Source: a virus (Duplodnaviria > Caudoviricetes). Taken from it: 64,000 nucleotides of DNA. Positions 1 to 8,901 of this stretch are shown here, piece after piece. The notes below the pieces were generated by a model. It worked only from the letters and a program-made list of their open reading frames with translations. It searched no databases and had not been told where the DNA came from. The translations under genes and the position numbers were made by a program. Numbering within the stretch: position 1 is the stretch's first letter; each line of letters begins with the position of its first letter. Location: positions 6,842 to 70,841 of the IMG/VR virus record IMGVR_UViG_3300033075_001877; one strand, written 5' to 3'.

Positions 1-37
1 CACGTGGCGGAGTCCATACCGAAAGGACCACACCAGC

Positions 38-955
38 ATGGCTGGCAACACCGACTTCCTCTACGACGTCGTGACGAACCGCATCATCGCGGCGCTCGAA
101 GCGGGCACCGTCCCCTGGCGCAAGCCCTGGGACCCAACCACGGGCTTCCCCCGGAGCACCTCCACGAAGTCGCCGTACCACGGCATCAACGTGCTGCTGC
201 TCGGCGGGGCCGCGATGGAGCACGGCTACGAGTCCCCGTGGTGGGGCACGTTCAACAACCTCAAGGCGCACGGCGGCTCGGTGCGCAAGGGCGCGAAGAC
301 GGAGATCGTCGTCTTCTGGAAGCGCCTCATCGTGGACGACAAGAACAACCCGGGTGAGAAGCGCATCGTGCCCATGCTGCGCTACTTCCGGGTGCTCAAC
401 GTCGAGCAGTGCGACTGGCCCGACGGGCTCCCCCCGCGCTTTCAGCCCGAGCCCCAGCGCGAGCACGAGCCCATCGAGGCGTGCCAGGCGCTGATCGACG
501 GCTACATCACGAACGGCCCTGGGCCCAAGGCCTCGTTCGGCTCGGATCGGGCGTGCTACATCCCGGCGCTCGACCGCATCGAGATGCCCGCGCTGGCGCA
601 GTTTCACTCGCCCGAGGCGTACTACGGCACCTTCTTCCACGAGATGGTGCACAGCACGGGCCACGCGTCGCGGCTCAAGCGCGACGGGGTGGTCTCCCCC
701 TCGGGCTTCGGCTCGCACGACTACTCGAAGGAGGAGCTCGTCGCCGAGATGGGCGCGGCCATGCTCTGCGCGATCGCCGGCATCGACGACCCGACCATCG
801 ACCAGTCGGCCGCGTACATCGCCAACTGGCTGAGCGCGCTACGCAACGACCGCAAGCTGCTCATCGCAGCCGGCGGGCAGGCGACGCGTGCCGTCGACGT
901 GGTGCGCGGCATCGTCGCCGACGAGGCCCCCGAGGTCGCGGAGGTGGCGGCATGA
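38..955 (+). CDS. ardC: ArdC-family antirestriction / ssDNA-binding protein (DUF1738 N-domain + zincin-like metallopeptidase domain)
   Basis: N-terminal 'VTNRIIAALEAGTVPWRKPW...YHGINVLLL...WWGTFN', HExxH 'HEMVHSTGH', 'YSKEELVAEMGAAML', 'SAAYIANWL'; SD-like GAAAGGA upstream. Confidence 0.88.
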   Translation: MAGNTDFLYDVVTNRIIAALEAGTVPWRKPWDPTTGFPRSTSTKSPYHGINVLLLGGAAMEHGYESPWWGTFNNLKAHGGSVRKGAKTEIVVFWKRLIVDDKNNPGEKRIVPMLRYFRVLNVEQCDWPDGLPPRFQPEPQREHEPIEACQALIDGYITNGPGPKASFGSDRACYIPALDRIEMPALAQFHSPEAYYGTFFHEMVHSTGHASRLKRDGVVSPSGFGSHDYSKEELVAEMGAAMLCAIAGIDDPTIDQSAAYIANWLSALRNDRKLLIAAGGQATRAVDVVRGIVADEAPEVAEVAA

Positions 956-1182
956 CGTCCCCGGGACGCCGCTACGCCACGTTCTCGAAGACGCTGCTCG
1001 ATCAGCGGAGCGAGGACTGGTGGGACTACGCCACCGCGCACGCCGACGAGGCGACCGAACTGCTCGCCGACACCCCCGCGGGCAACTACGTCATCACCCC
1101 GCCGAACCTCATCGCGGCCCAGGCGCACGCCATGCTCGCTCAGGCCTACGCCACGCTCGCTGCATCGGGAGGGCGATCGTGA
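952..1182 (+). CDS. hypothetical protein (76 aa)
   Basis: ATG overlaps the ardC stop; GC3-rich codon usage; stop overlaps the next start. Confidence 0.6.
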   Translation: MTSPGRRYATFSKTLLDQRSEDWWDYATAHADEATELLADTPAGNYVITPPNLIAAQAHAMLAQAYATLAASGGRS

Positions 1183-1883
1183 AGTGCTGGCGCGTCACTG
1201 GCAACTACGGCACGTTCGAGATCACCCGCGTGGTCGAGGCCGACACCGAGGACGGTGCGATGGCGGCGGTCGGCATCGTGGGCACCCTCGAGTTCGAGGG
1301 CTGGACCTTCACTGAGGGGCCAGACGGCGAGGAGTGGACGATCGAGGAAGTGCCCCCCGTGACGGGCGTTGGTACTAAGTACCAATCCGAGGAGGTCGAG
1401 CGCCTGGCCTTCGAGGCCGCCAGCTACGACTACGAGGACGGCCTGCGCGATCACTGCGTCGACGATCCGCTGTGGGCCGCCGACGAGATCGAGCGCCTAC
1501 GCGCCGTGATCGCCCGTCTACGTCAGCACGTCATCCTGTGGCGTGGGTCGTGCTGCCCGTGCGACGAGGACCCATGCCCACTCGCCGACTCGGGCTCATC
1601 GTGGCCCGCACGACACCAGCTGCAGCGCGACGACACCCCCGAGGTTGCGGGCGACGACGGCGAGATGATCGACCTCGAGCCCCTCGAAGATGACGTCGAC
1701 GCGTGGAAGCTCTGCGTGTTCGGCGCGATGCATGGCGACGTGCGCTGCATGGCGGCGCTCGCGTTCCTTGCCATCGACTCCCCCGTGGAGCACGAAGCGA
1801 TCATCCGCTTCTGCCTCACCAACAACATCGCCACGTACGACGCGTGGCTCAAGACCATCAACGAAGAGTCCGAGGAGGACTGA
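1179..1883 (+). CDS. hypothetical acidic protein (234 aa), possibly a fusion of two small genes at the internal palindrome
   Basis: GTG overlapping the upstream stop; coding-like codon bias; contains VGTKYQ encoded by the 17-bp palindrome. Confidence 0.6.
   Translation: MKCWRVTGNYGTFEITRVVEADTEDGAMAAVGIVGTLEFEGWTFTEGPDGEEWTIEEVPPVTGVGTKYQSEEVERLAFEAASYDYEDGLRDHCVDDPLWAADEIERLRAVIARLRQHVILWRGSCCPCDEDPCPLADSGSSWPARHQLQRDDTPEVAGDDGEMIDLEPLEDDVDAWKLCVFGAMHGDVRCMAALAFLAIDSPVEHEAIIRFCLTNNIATYDAWLKTINEESEED
1369..1385. promoter_or_regulatory. 17-bp pseudo-palindrome TTGGTACT-A-AGTACCAA, copy 1 (intragenic)
   Basis: Perfect 8-bp inverted arms around one A; AT-rich in a very GC-rich genome; recurs at 5544 and 8335. 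Confidence 0.7.
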
Positions 1884-1887
1884 ACCT

Positions 1888-2799
1888 ATGACCACCGACC
1901 GCAAGGTGTGGCTGCTCACGCAAGCCCAGTACGACGGTGCGCTCGCTGCCCTGTGTGAAGGGCTCGAGGACGGCACCACGGCCGACATCGGCGCCGACCT
2001 GCGCGTCGTGCTCCACCTGGAACACGACCCCGACACGTCGATCAGCGACTACGACGGCTACGGCAAGACCGAGAAGTACGCGCACCGCTACGTCCACGGC
2101 GAGTCACGCACCCCGCGCCCGGATGACTTCGATGGCTCGGCGCGCAAGATCGAGGTCGCCCAGGGTTACTGGATCTGGTGGCAGCCCGCCGACGACATGA
2201 AGTCGTTCAAGGCGTGGGGCGGCACCGACCGCGAGCTCTATGAGAAGGCCGCGCGGGAGCACTACGAGATCGCCTGTCGACTGCTGCGCGATGGCTTCAT
2301 GCAGCTGGGCGTCGAACTGCAGCGCAAGTGCGACGCCGACCACTGGCACGAGGTCGAGACCGCGTGGTTGGGCGGCGTCGATGCTGACCCGTACGACGCG
2401 CAGGGCAAGGCCTACCTCCGCGAGCTCATCGGTGAACAGATGACCGAGCTCGCCGAGATCTACGTCGTCCCCGCCTCACCTCCCCCGGTGGACGTCGCGC
2501 CGCCTCCCCCGGCGGAGCCGGCCTTCCTGCAGCGCGTCGCCGCGATCTACCTCAATCCCGAGATGACCGCATCCGAGCGGCTCATCGACCTCTTCGACGC
2601 CGCTGGCTTCTGGTGGCACCCCGACACACCCGCCGCCGACCTGCTCGACACCGACTGGCGGGCCGGCGAGGTCGCGATGGTCGACGCCCTCATGGGCAAG
2701 TGCTTCCGCATGGCCGACGAGGACGAGGACCTCTACGGCGTCGCCCTCGACTACGCGCACCGCGTCGCTCCGCACCTGTTCCCGAAGGAGAGCCAGTGA
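1888..2799 (+). CDS. hypothetical protein (303 aa)
   Basis: ATG after GAGGAGGA; strong GC3 bias; no recognisable family motif. Confidence 0.7.
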   Translation: MTTDRKVWLLTQAQYDGALAALCEGLEDGTTADIGADLRVVLHLEHDPDTSISDYDGYGKTEKYAHRYVHGESRTPRPDDFDGSARKIEVAQGYWIWWQPADDMKSFKAWGGTDRELYEKAAREHYEIACRLLRDGFMQLGVELQRKCDADHWHEVETAWLGGVDADPYDAQGKAYLRELIGEQMTELAEIYVVPASPPPVDVAPPPPAEPAFLQRVAAIYLNPEMTASERLIDLFDAAGFWWHPDTPAADLLDTDWRAGEVAMVDALMGKCFRMADEDEDLYGVALDYAHRVAPHLFPKESQ

Positions 2800-3057
2800 A
2801 CTTCCTCTGCCGCCACCTCACCCCCGAGCCCGAGCAGGCCGCATGGGGATGCCGCGCCATCTTCCGCCCCGGCGACCGCTGGGTCCTCGTCATGAACGAG
2901 CGCATCCGGGAGCTCGCCCTCGACGGTCGCGAGGCCGACGGCTACGTCCGCGAAGGAGAGCCAGTGAACTTCCTCTGCCGCCACCTCACCCCCGAGCCCG
3001 AGCAGGCCGCATGGGGATGCCGCGCCATCTTCCGCCCCGGCGACCGCTGGGTCCTCG
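2783..3057 (+). repeat. 107-bp perfect direct repeat (2783-2889 and 2951-3057) separated by a 61-bp unique segment
   Basis: Identical sequence CGAAGGAGAGCCAGTG...GGGTCCTCG at offset 168 (in frame); each copy includes an RBS and a GTG start. Confidence 0.95.
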
Positions 3058-3170
3058 ACATCGTCCCCGACCGCGTCGACATGCTCTGGACTGACGAGCT
3101 CGTCAACGTCGTCTGCTCGCCCCAGGGGAGCTACGGCTACCTCTACGTCACCGCCGTCTTGAAGGGATGA
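2796..3170 (+). CDS. hypothetical protein with duplicated N-terminus (alternative start at 2964)
   Basis: GAAGGAG RBS + GTG; VNFLCRHLTPEPEQAAWGCRAIFRPGDRWVL occurs twice; ends SPQGSYGYLYVTAVLKG. Confidence 0.65.
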   Translation: MNFLCRHLTPEPEQAAWGCRAIFRPGDRWVLVMNERIRELALDGREADGYVREGEPVNFLCRHLTPEPEQAAWGCRAIFRPGDRWVLDIVPDRVDMLWTDELVNVVCSPQGSYGYLYVTAVLKG

Positions 3171-3547
3171 CCACCATGCCCACGACCAACTCCAACCCCT
3201 ACCGGGACATCGTCCGCAACGGCTGCAAGGAGTGGGAGGCGATCGACGAGGCCGCCGCACTCGTGCTGCCCGCTCTCGCCAACGGCTGCGGCGCCGCGCT
3301 CGTGCGATTCGAGCCCGGCGACGGCACGCAGTACCACGTCGGCCTGTTCTCCCCCACGGCCCCCCGGCACAACCTGCTGACCCAGACCGAGTGGCTCGTC
3401 ACCGTGCTGCCCGGACGGGCCTACTGGTGGCGGCCCGAGATCATGCACTGGGACTACGTCGCCGAGAAGTGGGGCGCCGGCAACCACTGGTCCGGCGTCG
3501 TCATTGCAGAGTTCCTCAACGCGGTCACGCGCCGCCTGCCCGCATGA
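3167..3547 (+). CDS. hypothetical protein (126 aa)
   Basis: Coupled start/stop overlaps on both sides; coding bias. Confidence 0.65.
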   Translation: MTTMPTTNSNPYRDIVRNGCKEWEAIDEAAALVLPALANGCGAALVRFEPGDGTQYHVGLFSPTAPRHNLLTQTEWLVTVLPGRAYWWRPEIMHWDYVAEKWGAGNHWSGVVIAEFLNAVTRRLPA

Positions 3548-3882
3548 GGGCGCCCGTCACCCGACGGCTACTCAACGACCACTCGATCGCCGATGGGATG
3601 CCACGCGTGCGCCTCATCGGCGATCGGGAGGGACTCCTCGTCGCCGTTCGCCGCAAGACGCGCGTCGTCAAGGTTGTCGTCGGCGGTCGTCATGAGACGC
3701 TGCCCATCGAACACGTCGTGGGCATCGGCCCCGACACCCGCACCCGCGAGTTCAGCCTGCGCGACCAGGTCGTGCGCCTCGAGCTCGCCAACGAAGACCT
3801 CGCACACGAGAACCATCGCCTCCGCACCCTGCTGCAGAGGCTCTTCGGAAAGGACCACGCCCATGCCACAGACCAACCCTGA
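3544..3882 (+). CDS. hypothetical protein (112 aa) with C-terminal coiled coil
   Basis: ATGA overlap with the upstream stop; heptad-like 'LRDQVVRLELANEDLAHENHRLRTLLQRL'. Confidence 0.55.
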   Translation: MRAPVTRRLLNDHSIADGMPRVRLIGDREGLLVAVRRKTRVVKVVVGGRHETLPIEHVVGIGPDTRTREFSLRDQVVRLELANEDLAHENHRLRTLLQRLFGKDHAHATDQP

Positions 3883-3951
3883 TGCGCCACCGCGCGCCGC
3901 CGGCCGCTCGAGGCTCGTGCTCGATCGCATCACCCCTGGCGCGGTGACCGC

Positions 3952-4473
3952 ATGACCGCGCACGCCTTGTTCCGCAGGCGCATCGACCGGATGCGCGATG
4001 CGCTGAGGGTGCTGAGCGAGATCCTCGGCGAGAACGCCGAGTGTCTGACGTGCACGGAAGCCGAGGCCGTCCGGTCGCTGTTCGACCTCGCGGGACTCGA
4101 GCCCGAGGGGCTGCGCATCGTGGCCGAGCACCAGCGGCTCGACGCCGAGTGCGTCGGCCACGAGGGCGTCGACCCGGACGCCGACTGCGCGCCGATGCGA
4201 TCCCACTTCGTGACCTTCGGGGTGCAGTACGCCCACGAGCCCCACCCGCGGTGCGCATGGGTGCACCCCGACGGGTGGCTGCGCATCGAAGCGCAGACCG
4301 AGCAGGACGCGCGCCTAGCGGCCGTCGACCTGCTCGGCTCGGCGTGGTCGATGTGCTACACGCCGAGCGACGAGGACGAATGGCGCGACTCGATCAAGTT
4401 CTTCCCGCGCGGCGAGCTCGCCGTGCTCGACGACGGCGTGCTCACCGTCCACGAGACGGGGGGCCGGCTGTGA
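3952..4473 (+). CDS. hypothetical protein (173 aa)
   Basis: Coupled in the + operon; coding bias. Confidence 0.65.
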   Translation: MTAHALFRRRIDRMRDALRVLSEILGENAECLTCTEAEAVRSLFDLAGLEPEGLRIVAEHQRLDAECVGHEGVDPDADCAPMRSHFVTFGVQYAHEPHPRCAWVHPDGWLRIEAQTEQDARLAAVDLLGSAWSMCYTPSDEDEWRDSIKFFPRGELAVLDDGVLTVHETGGRL

Positions 4474-4673
4474 CCGCCTGGATCTGGGATCACCCGGTCG
4501 TCGCGATCGGGCTCGTGGTCATCTCGACGGTGGGCCTGGTCGCCGGCGTCATGCTCGCCGTGTGGCTCGTGTTCAACCTCGACGACGGGCTCGACGCAGA
4601 CTGCACCGGCTACCACGACCACGACGGGTTCCTCTGCCACGACGGCGACACCTGCCCGATCCACGAAGGATGA
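4470..4673 (+). CDS. small single-pass membrane protein (67 aa)
   Basis: Hydrophobic stretch VVAIGLVVISTVGLVAGVMLAVWLVF followed by an Asp/His/Cys-rich tail. Confidence 0.55.
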   Translation: MTAWIWDHPVVAIGLVVISTVGLVAGVMLAVWLVFNLDDGLDADCTGYHDHDGFLCHDGDTCPIHEG

Positions 4674-4677
4674 CGCG

Positions 4678-5154
4678 ATGCCACCCCGCAAGAAGACCAC
4701 CGCCACCCCGAAGCAGCGCTCCAAACCCGCGGACGCCGACAGGCCGTCCTCGATGCTGTACGGGGTCCACAAGGCCGACGGCTACCGGTTCACGATCGGT
4801 GCGTTCGATCGAGACCTCACCGTGATCGTCCTGCACGAGCCGTCGGGCTGGAGCGGCGACCTCAACTACGGCCTCAACGAGGTGGACGAGCAGCTCACCG
4901 AGCTCGCCGCGCTCGGCGTGGCCTACGACGGGCGCGATGACCCGAAGTACGAGATGGACGGAAGCGTCTGGCAGTTCCGCCCCGGGAAGCCCCACTACTA
5001 CCACGATGCCGACGCCAATGGCCAGGTCCACTGGGTCGCGCACCAGATCAAGGAGGTGCTCGAGCGCCACGGCTACGGCGACCTCATGCGCCTGTTTGAG
5101 GCCGAGGACGAGGCCGGCTTCAAGGCTCTCGACGACGCGCCCATCACGTACTGA
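4678..5154 (+). CDS. hypothetical protein (158 aa)
   Basis: GAAGGA RBS; coding bias. Confidence 0.65.
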   Translation: MPPRKKTTATPKQRSKPADADRPSSMLYGVHKADGYRFTIGAFDRDLTVIVLHEPSGWSGDLNYGLNEVDEQLTELAALGVAYDGRDDPKYEMDGSVWQFRPGKPHYYHDADANGQVHWVAHQIKEVLERHGYGDLMRLFEAEDEAGFKALDDAPITY

Positions 5155-5180
5155 CCGATTTCCGCGCAGTGTAGCTATCG

Positions 5181-5209
5181 TGCTATGCTGTTGTTATCAA
5201 CCAAGGAGG
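5181..5209 (+). promoter_or_regulatory. putative SigA-type extended -10 promoter (TG-C-TATGCT) followed by SD AAGGAGG
   Basis: AT-rich intergenic gap 5155-5216; TGnTANNNT at 5181-5189; SD at 5203-5209; no clear -35. Confidence 0.55.
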
Positions 5210-5216
5210 TCCGGCC

Positions 5217-5543
5217 ATGCCCGGATTCGTCGTCCTCACGGAGGACTACCACGTCGGCGACGCGACCCACGAGGTCGTCATCGCGATCGCCCACCGGCAC
5301 ATCCAGTCGGTGCAGGTGCTGCCGTACGCGCCGCCGAGCAGCTTCGGCGGCGCCGAGCACCTCGGATGGAGCGTCGCCATCCGCACCAGCCGTGACCGCC
5401 ACGTGAAGAACTACATCGCCAACCCCACCGACCCCGATGGCCCCACCCTCGACGAGTGCCGCGCTGCGGCGTACGCGTTCGGCGAGGAGATCACCAGCCA
5501 GACCCTCAACCCCGACACCCTCAACGAAGCCAACCCGTTCTGA
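5217..5543 (+). CDS. hypothetical protein (108 aa)
   Basis: Strong SD and upstream promoter-like sequence. Confidence 0.7.
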   Translation: MPGFVVLTEDYHVGDATHEVVIAIAHRHIQSVQVLPYAPPSSFGGAEHLGWSVAIRTSRDRHVKNYIANPTDPDGPTLDECRAAAYAFGEEITSQTLNPDTLNEANPF

Positions 5544-5562
5544 TTGGTACTAAGTACCAATC
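5542..5562. promoter_or_regulatory. 21-bp pseudo-palindrome GATTGGTACT-A-AGTACCAATC, copy 2 (intergenic, longest)
   Basis: Perfect 10-bp arms; overlaps the stop of 5217-5543 and lies 35 nt upstream of the next start. Confidence 0.75.
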
Positions 5563-5596
5563 GCCACAGCAGACACAGCAAAGGACCACGATCAAC

Positions 5597-6262
5597 ATGG
5601 GTACCCGCGGAGCCATCGGCTTCTACCGCAACGGCCAGACTAAGGCCACCTACAACCACTGGGACTCCTGCCCCTTCGGGCTCGGCGTCTCCTTCCTCGG
5701 CCAGATCCTGGCCTTCGACCTCGAGCAGATCGCCGGCGCGATGGACCGCATCGAGCTCGTGAGCGAGCAATCCACGCCCTCCCCCGAGGCGATCGAGCGC
5801 TACACGCCCTTCGCCGACACGGCGGTCGGCGGCCAGCGCATCGACGACTGGTACTGCCTCCTGCGCAACGTGCAGGGCGAGATCACGCCGTTCATCGACG
5901 GCACCGTCGACCACATGATCGACAGCACGGACTTCCTGCGTGACTCGCTCTTCTGCGAGTGGGCGTACATCGTGAACCTCGACACCGGCGAGGTCGAGTG
6001 TCACCGCGGCTTCAACACGAACCCGGAGGCGAGCGGGCGCTACGTAGCCGTCGAGAGCATCGACCCCTCGGCGCCAGGCGACACCTACTACGGCGTGCGC
6101 CTGTTGACGAGCATCCCGTTCCTCACGCTCAAGGCGAAGGTCGACGAGCTCCTCGTCGCCGGGTGCGAGGCCGAGGATGCCCGCAAGATCGTGGCTGAGG
6201 CCGTGGCCAGCACCTGGGAGCAGCTCGACGACAACGAGCGCGCTGCGGCGGGGGAGGACTGA
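5597..6262 (+). CDS. conserved phage hypothetical protein (MGTRG...YNHWDSxPxGLG type)
   Basis: N-terminus 'MGTRGAIGFYRNGQTKATYNHWDSCPFGLG' and 'DSLFCEWAYIVNLD' resemble a widespread phage family; AAAGGA RBS. Confidence 0.7.
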   Translation: MGTRGAIGFYRNGQTKATYNHWDSCPFGLGVSFLGQILAFDLEQIAGAMDRIELVSEQSTPSPEAIERYTPFADTAVGGQRIDDWYCLLRNVQGEITPFIDGTVDHMIDSTDFLRDSLFCEWAYIVNLDTGEVECHRGFNTNPEASGRYVAVESIDPSAPGDTYYGVRLLTSIPFLTLKAKVDELLVAGCEAEDARKIVAEAVASTWEQLDDNERAAAGED

Positions 6263-6810
6263 TGCACTACGTCGCCCTCGTCATCGGCCCGAACCCCGAC
6301 CAGCAGCTCGCCCGCTACGACGAGAACCTCGAGGTCGCCGAGCACACGGTCACCTGCTGGAACTGCGATGCGCGCCCGGAGCTCATCGAGTCGTGCGAGT
6401 GCTGCGGCGGGCGCGGCACCTGCCTCTCCACGTCGAACCCCGACGGCCACTGGGACTACTGGCGCATCGGTGGGCGCTTCGCCGGCCGACTTCACCTCAA
6501 GCCGGGCGCCGTGGGCGAGCTCGGCGCGAAGGCATGGGAGTACGAGGACCACCCGGATCGCTGGGCGGAAGTCAACGACGGCACTCGGGCCGACCAGGCC
6601 AAGGCTGGCGCCGTCAACTGGGCCGAGTTCAACCTGCCGTATGCCGTGGTCGCTGAGGGCGCATGGCGCGCACGTGAGCGCTACGAGCCCAGCGGAGCGA
6701 CGATCGACGACCGCTTCGTGCAGGACCCCCACTACGAAGACTTCGTGCGCGACCTCGTCACGAAGCTGCCCCCCGACACCCTCGTCACCATCATCGACTA
6801 CCACTGCTAG
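6262..6810 (+). CDS. conserved phage hypothetical protein with Cys cluster
   Basis: CxxC...CxCCxGxGxC segment followed by 'NPDGHWDYWRIGGRF'; ends 'TIIDYHC'. Confidence 0.7.
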   Translation: MHYVALVIGPNPDQQLARYDENLEVAEHTVTCWNCDARPELIESCECCGGRGTCLSTSNPDGHWDYWRIGGRFAGRLHLKPGAVGELGAKAWEYEDHPDRWAEVNDGTRADQAKAGAVNWAEFNLPYAVVAEGAWRARERYEPSGATIDDRFVQDPHYEDFVRDLVTKLPPDTLVTIIDYHC

Positions 6811-6818
6811 GAGCAGTC

Positions 6819-8423
6819 ATGGCACTCACCCCAACCGACGAGCAGGCCGAGGCGATCCGCCTCGCCCGCTCGGGCGTGCACCTCGCCATCGAGGCGCTCG
6901 CCGGCACCGGCAAGACGAGCACGCTGGACCTGATCTCGCGTGACCTCGACACGAAGACCGGCACCTACATCACGTTCAACCGGGCGATCGCCGACGACGC
7001 AGCGCGTCGGTTCCCCCGGAGCGTGGACTGCCGCACCGCGCACTCGCTCGCCTTCGGCGCGGTGGGCAAGCGGTTCCAGCACCGCTTCAAGTCGCCCCGC
7101 ATGTACGGCAAGGCGCTCGCCGAGATCATCGGGATCGACGCGCTCGACGTGCCGCTCGAGGCCGGCGGGCGCAAGCGGCTCATGCCGGGCAAGCTCGCCA
7201 CGCTGGCCATGCGCGCCATCGACGAGTTCTGCCGCACGGGCGACCCGGTGCCCAACCACACGCACGTGCCGTGGGTCGACGGCATCGACCCGCCGCGCGG
7301 CCCGGGCTCCAAGCGCGACAACAACCGGCTCGTTGCCCGCCACGTGGCGGAGTGGCTCCCCCGGATCTGGGCCGACCTCTGCAACGTGGACGGCCGGCTG
7401 CCCTACAACCAGGGGTGCTACCTCAAGCTCTGGCAGCTCAGCTCCCCGCGCATCAACAGCGACTACCTGCTCTACGACGAGGCCCAGGACGCCAACGGCG
7501 CGATGCTCTCGATCGTCGAGCAGCAGCGGGACCACGCGCAGCTCATCTTCGTGGGCGACAAGTTCCAGCAGATCTACGCCTGGAACGGCGCCGTGAACGC
7601 GATGGCCAAGGCTCCGGTCGACGCCCGCACGTTCCTCAGCCAGTCGTTCCGGTTCGGGCCAGCGGTGGCCGAGGCCGCCAACCTCGTGCTCGAGGACCTG
7701 GGCGCCGAGGTGCTCGTGCGCGGCTTCGACAAGATCCAGAGCGTCGTGGGCCACATCGACCGGCCGAGCGCGTACCTCTGCCGCACGAACGCGAAGGCGC
7801 TGTCGGTGGCGATCGACCACATCGACCGCTCGATCCCTGTTGCCATCGTCGGCGGCGTGGCCGAGCTCGTGTCCTTCGCCGACGCGGCCGAGCGGCTCAT
7901 GGAGCACAAGGGAACCGACCACGCGCTGCTCTGGTGCTTCTCGTCGTGGAGCGAGGTGCTCGACTACGTGAAGCTGGATGAGCACGGCGATGCGACGGAG
8001 CTCAGTCAGGCGGTGAAGCTCGTCGAGCGCTTCGGCGCCGCCGGCCTGCGCCGCATCATCGCCATGCTCGCGACCGAGGACCACGCCGAGGTCGTCGTGT
8101 CGACCGCGCACAAGTCCAAGGGCCGGGAGTGGTCGGCGGTGAAGCTGGCCGACGACTACCCCGACATCACCCCTGACCGCATCGACATTGGCGAGGAGGA
8201 CAAGCGGCTCATCTACGTGGCGACGACGCGCGCCAAGCTCGCCCTCGACTACGAGCAGGTCGGCTACCTGCGCCTGCGCCGCTTCGAGAAGCAGGAGGTC
8301 GAGGCGGTGCAGGTCGACGACGCCGAGCCCGAAGTTGGTACTAAGTACCAGGCCGACGAGATCGACGGGCCGGCGACGGTGCGCATGGTCAACGGCAAGC
8401 TCGTGATCGAGGGGCGCTCGTGA
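6819..8423 (+). CDS. UvrD/Rep-like superfamily 1 DNA helicase
   Basis: Walker A ALAGTGKT, Walker B YDEAQD, motif III VGDKFQQIY, SQSFRFG, LCRTN, STAHKSKGREW, IYVATTRAK. Confidence 0.92.
   Translation: MALTPTDEQAEAIRLARSGVHLAIEALAGTGKTSTLDLISRDLDTKTGTYITFNRAIADDAARRFPRSVDCRTAHSLAFGAVGKRFQHRFKSPRMYGKALAEIIGIDALDVPLEAGGRKRLMPGKLATLAMRAIDEFCRTGDPVPNHTHVPWVDGIDPPRGPGSKRDNNRLVARHVAEWLPRIWADLCNVDGRLPYNQGCYLKLWQLSSPRINSDYLLYDEAQDANGAMLSIVEQQRDHAQLIFVGDKFQQIYAWNGAVNAMAKAPVDARTFLSQSFRFGPAVAEAANLVLEDLGAEVLVRGFDKIQSVVGHIDRPSAYLCRTNAKALSVAIDHIDRSIPVAIVGGVAELVSFADAAERLMEHKGTDHALLWCFSSWSEVLDYVKLDEHGDATELSQAVKLVERFGAAGLRRIIAMLATEDHAEVVVSTAHKSKGREWSAVKLADDYPDITPDRIDIGEEDKRLIYVATTRAKLALDYEQVGYLRLRRFEKQEVEAVQVDDAEPEVGTKYQADEIDGPATVRMVNGKLVIEGRS
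8335..8350. promoter_or_regulatory. palindrome copy 3 TTGGTACT-A-AGTACCA (16/17 match, in the helicase C-terminal tail)
   Basis: Same motif and orientation; again encodes VGTKYQ. Confidence 0.65.
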
Positions 8424-8605
8424 AGCTCCACGTCCACGTGCCCACCCTCGACATCTGGCTCGGCCCCTACGACGACGAGGACACCCCTCGCGAGCAGCTC
8501 GAACTGCGCATGGCGGCGCTGTACCCCGGCATGGACGTCGAGATCCACGAGGATTCCCCCTTCGTGGTGCGCCGACGTGAGCGGGCCGCCACCACAACGG
8601 ACTAG
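8420..8605 (+). CDS. hypothetical protein (61 aa)
   Basis: GTGA overlap with the helicase stop. Confidence 0.5.
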   Translation: MKLHVHVPTLDIWLGPYDDEDTPREQLELRMAALYPGMDVEIHEDSPFVVRRRERAATTTD

Positions 8606-8631
8606 CGTTCACAGCAGGAGGTGAACACATC

Positions 8632-8901
8632 ATGGGAGTGACGAAGATTCCCGTTCGGGAGTTCAAGAAGACGGCGGGCAACGGTGCGGTCAACTGGCTC
8701 AAGATCTTCGGGATCGAGAGCTGGCAGGAGCACATCGTTCCCGGCAACACGATCGAGCTCACGCCATCTCGATCGCTGTCGGACTACGAGCGCAAGCAGA
8801 TCACCCGCGTGATCCGCAACGTGGCGGATCGCAAGGGCCTGCGCGTGTCGATCCAGACCGAGGCGCGCCGAGTCCGAGTGAGGACCACGGCCAAGGCCTG
8901 A
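8632..8901 (+). CDS. small basic hypothetical protein (89 aa), possibly nucleic-acid binding
   Basis: SD CAGGAGGT; Arg/Lys-rich. Confidence 0.6.
   Translation: MGVTKIPVREFKKTAGNGAVNWLKIFGIESWQEHIVPGNTIELTPSRSLSDYERKQITRVIRNVADRKGLRVSIQTEARRVRVRTTAKA

Noticed and set aside
2783-3057. CRISPR-like repeat-spacer-repeat reading of the 107-bp repeat; likewise the 14.85-kb and 44.3-kb repeats
   Set aside because: Unit sizes are wrong, there are only 2-3 copies, all lie in frame in coding sequence, and no cas genes are present.
8608-8627. Small hairpin GTTCAC-agcaggag-GTGAAC around an SD
   Set aside because: Only a 6-bp stem; weak and plausible by chance.
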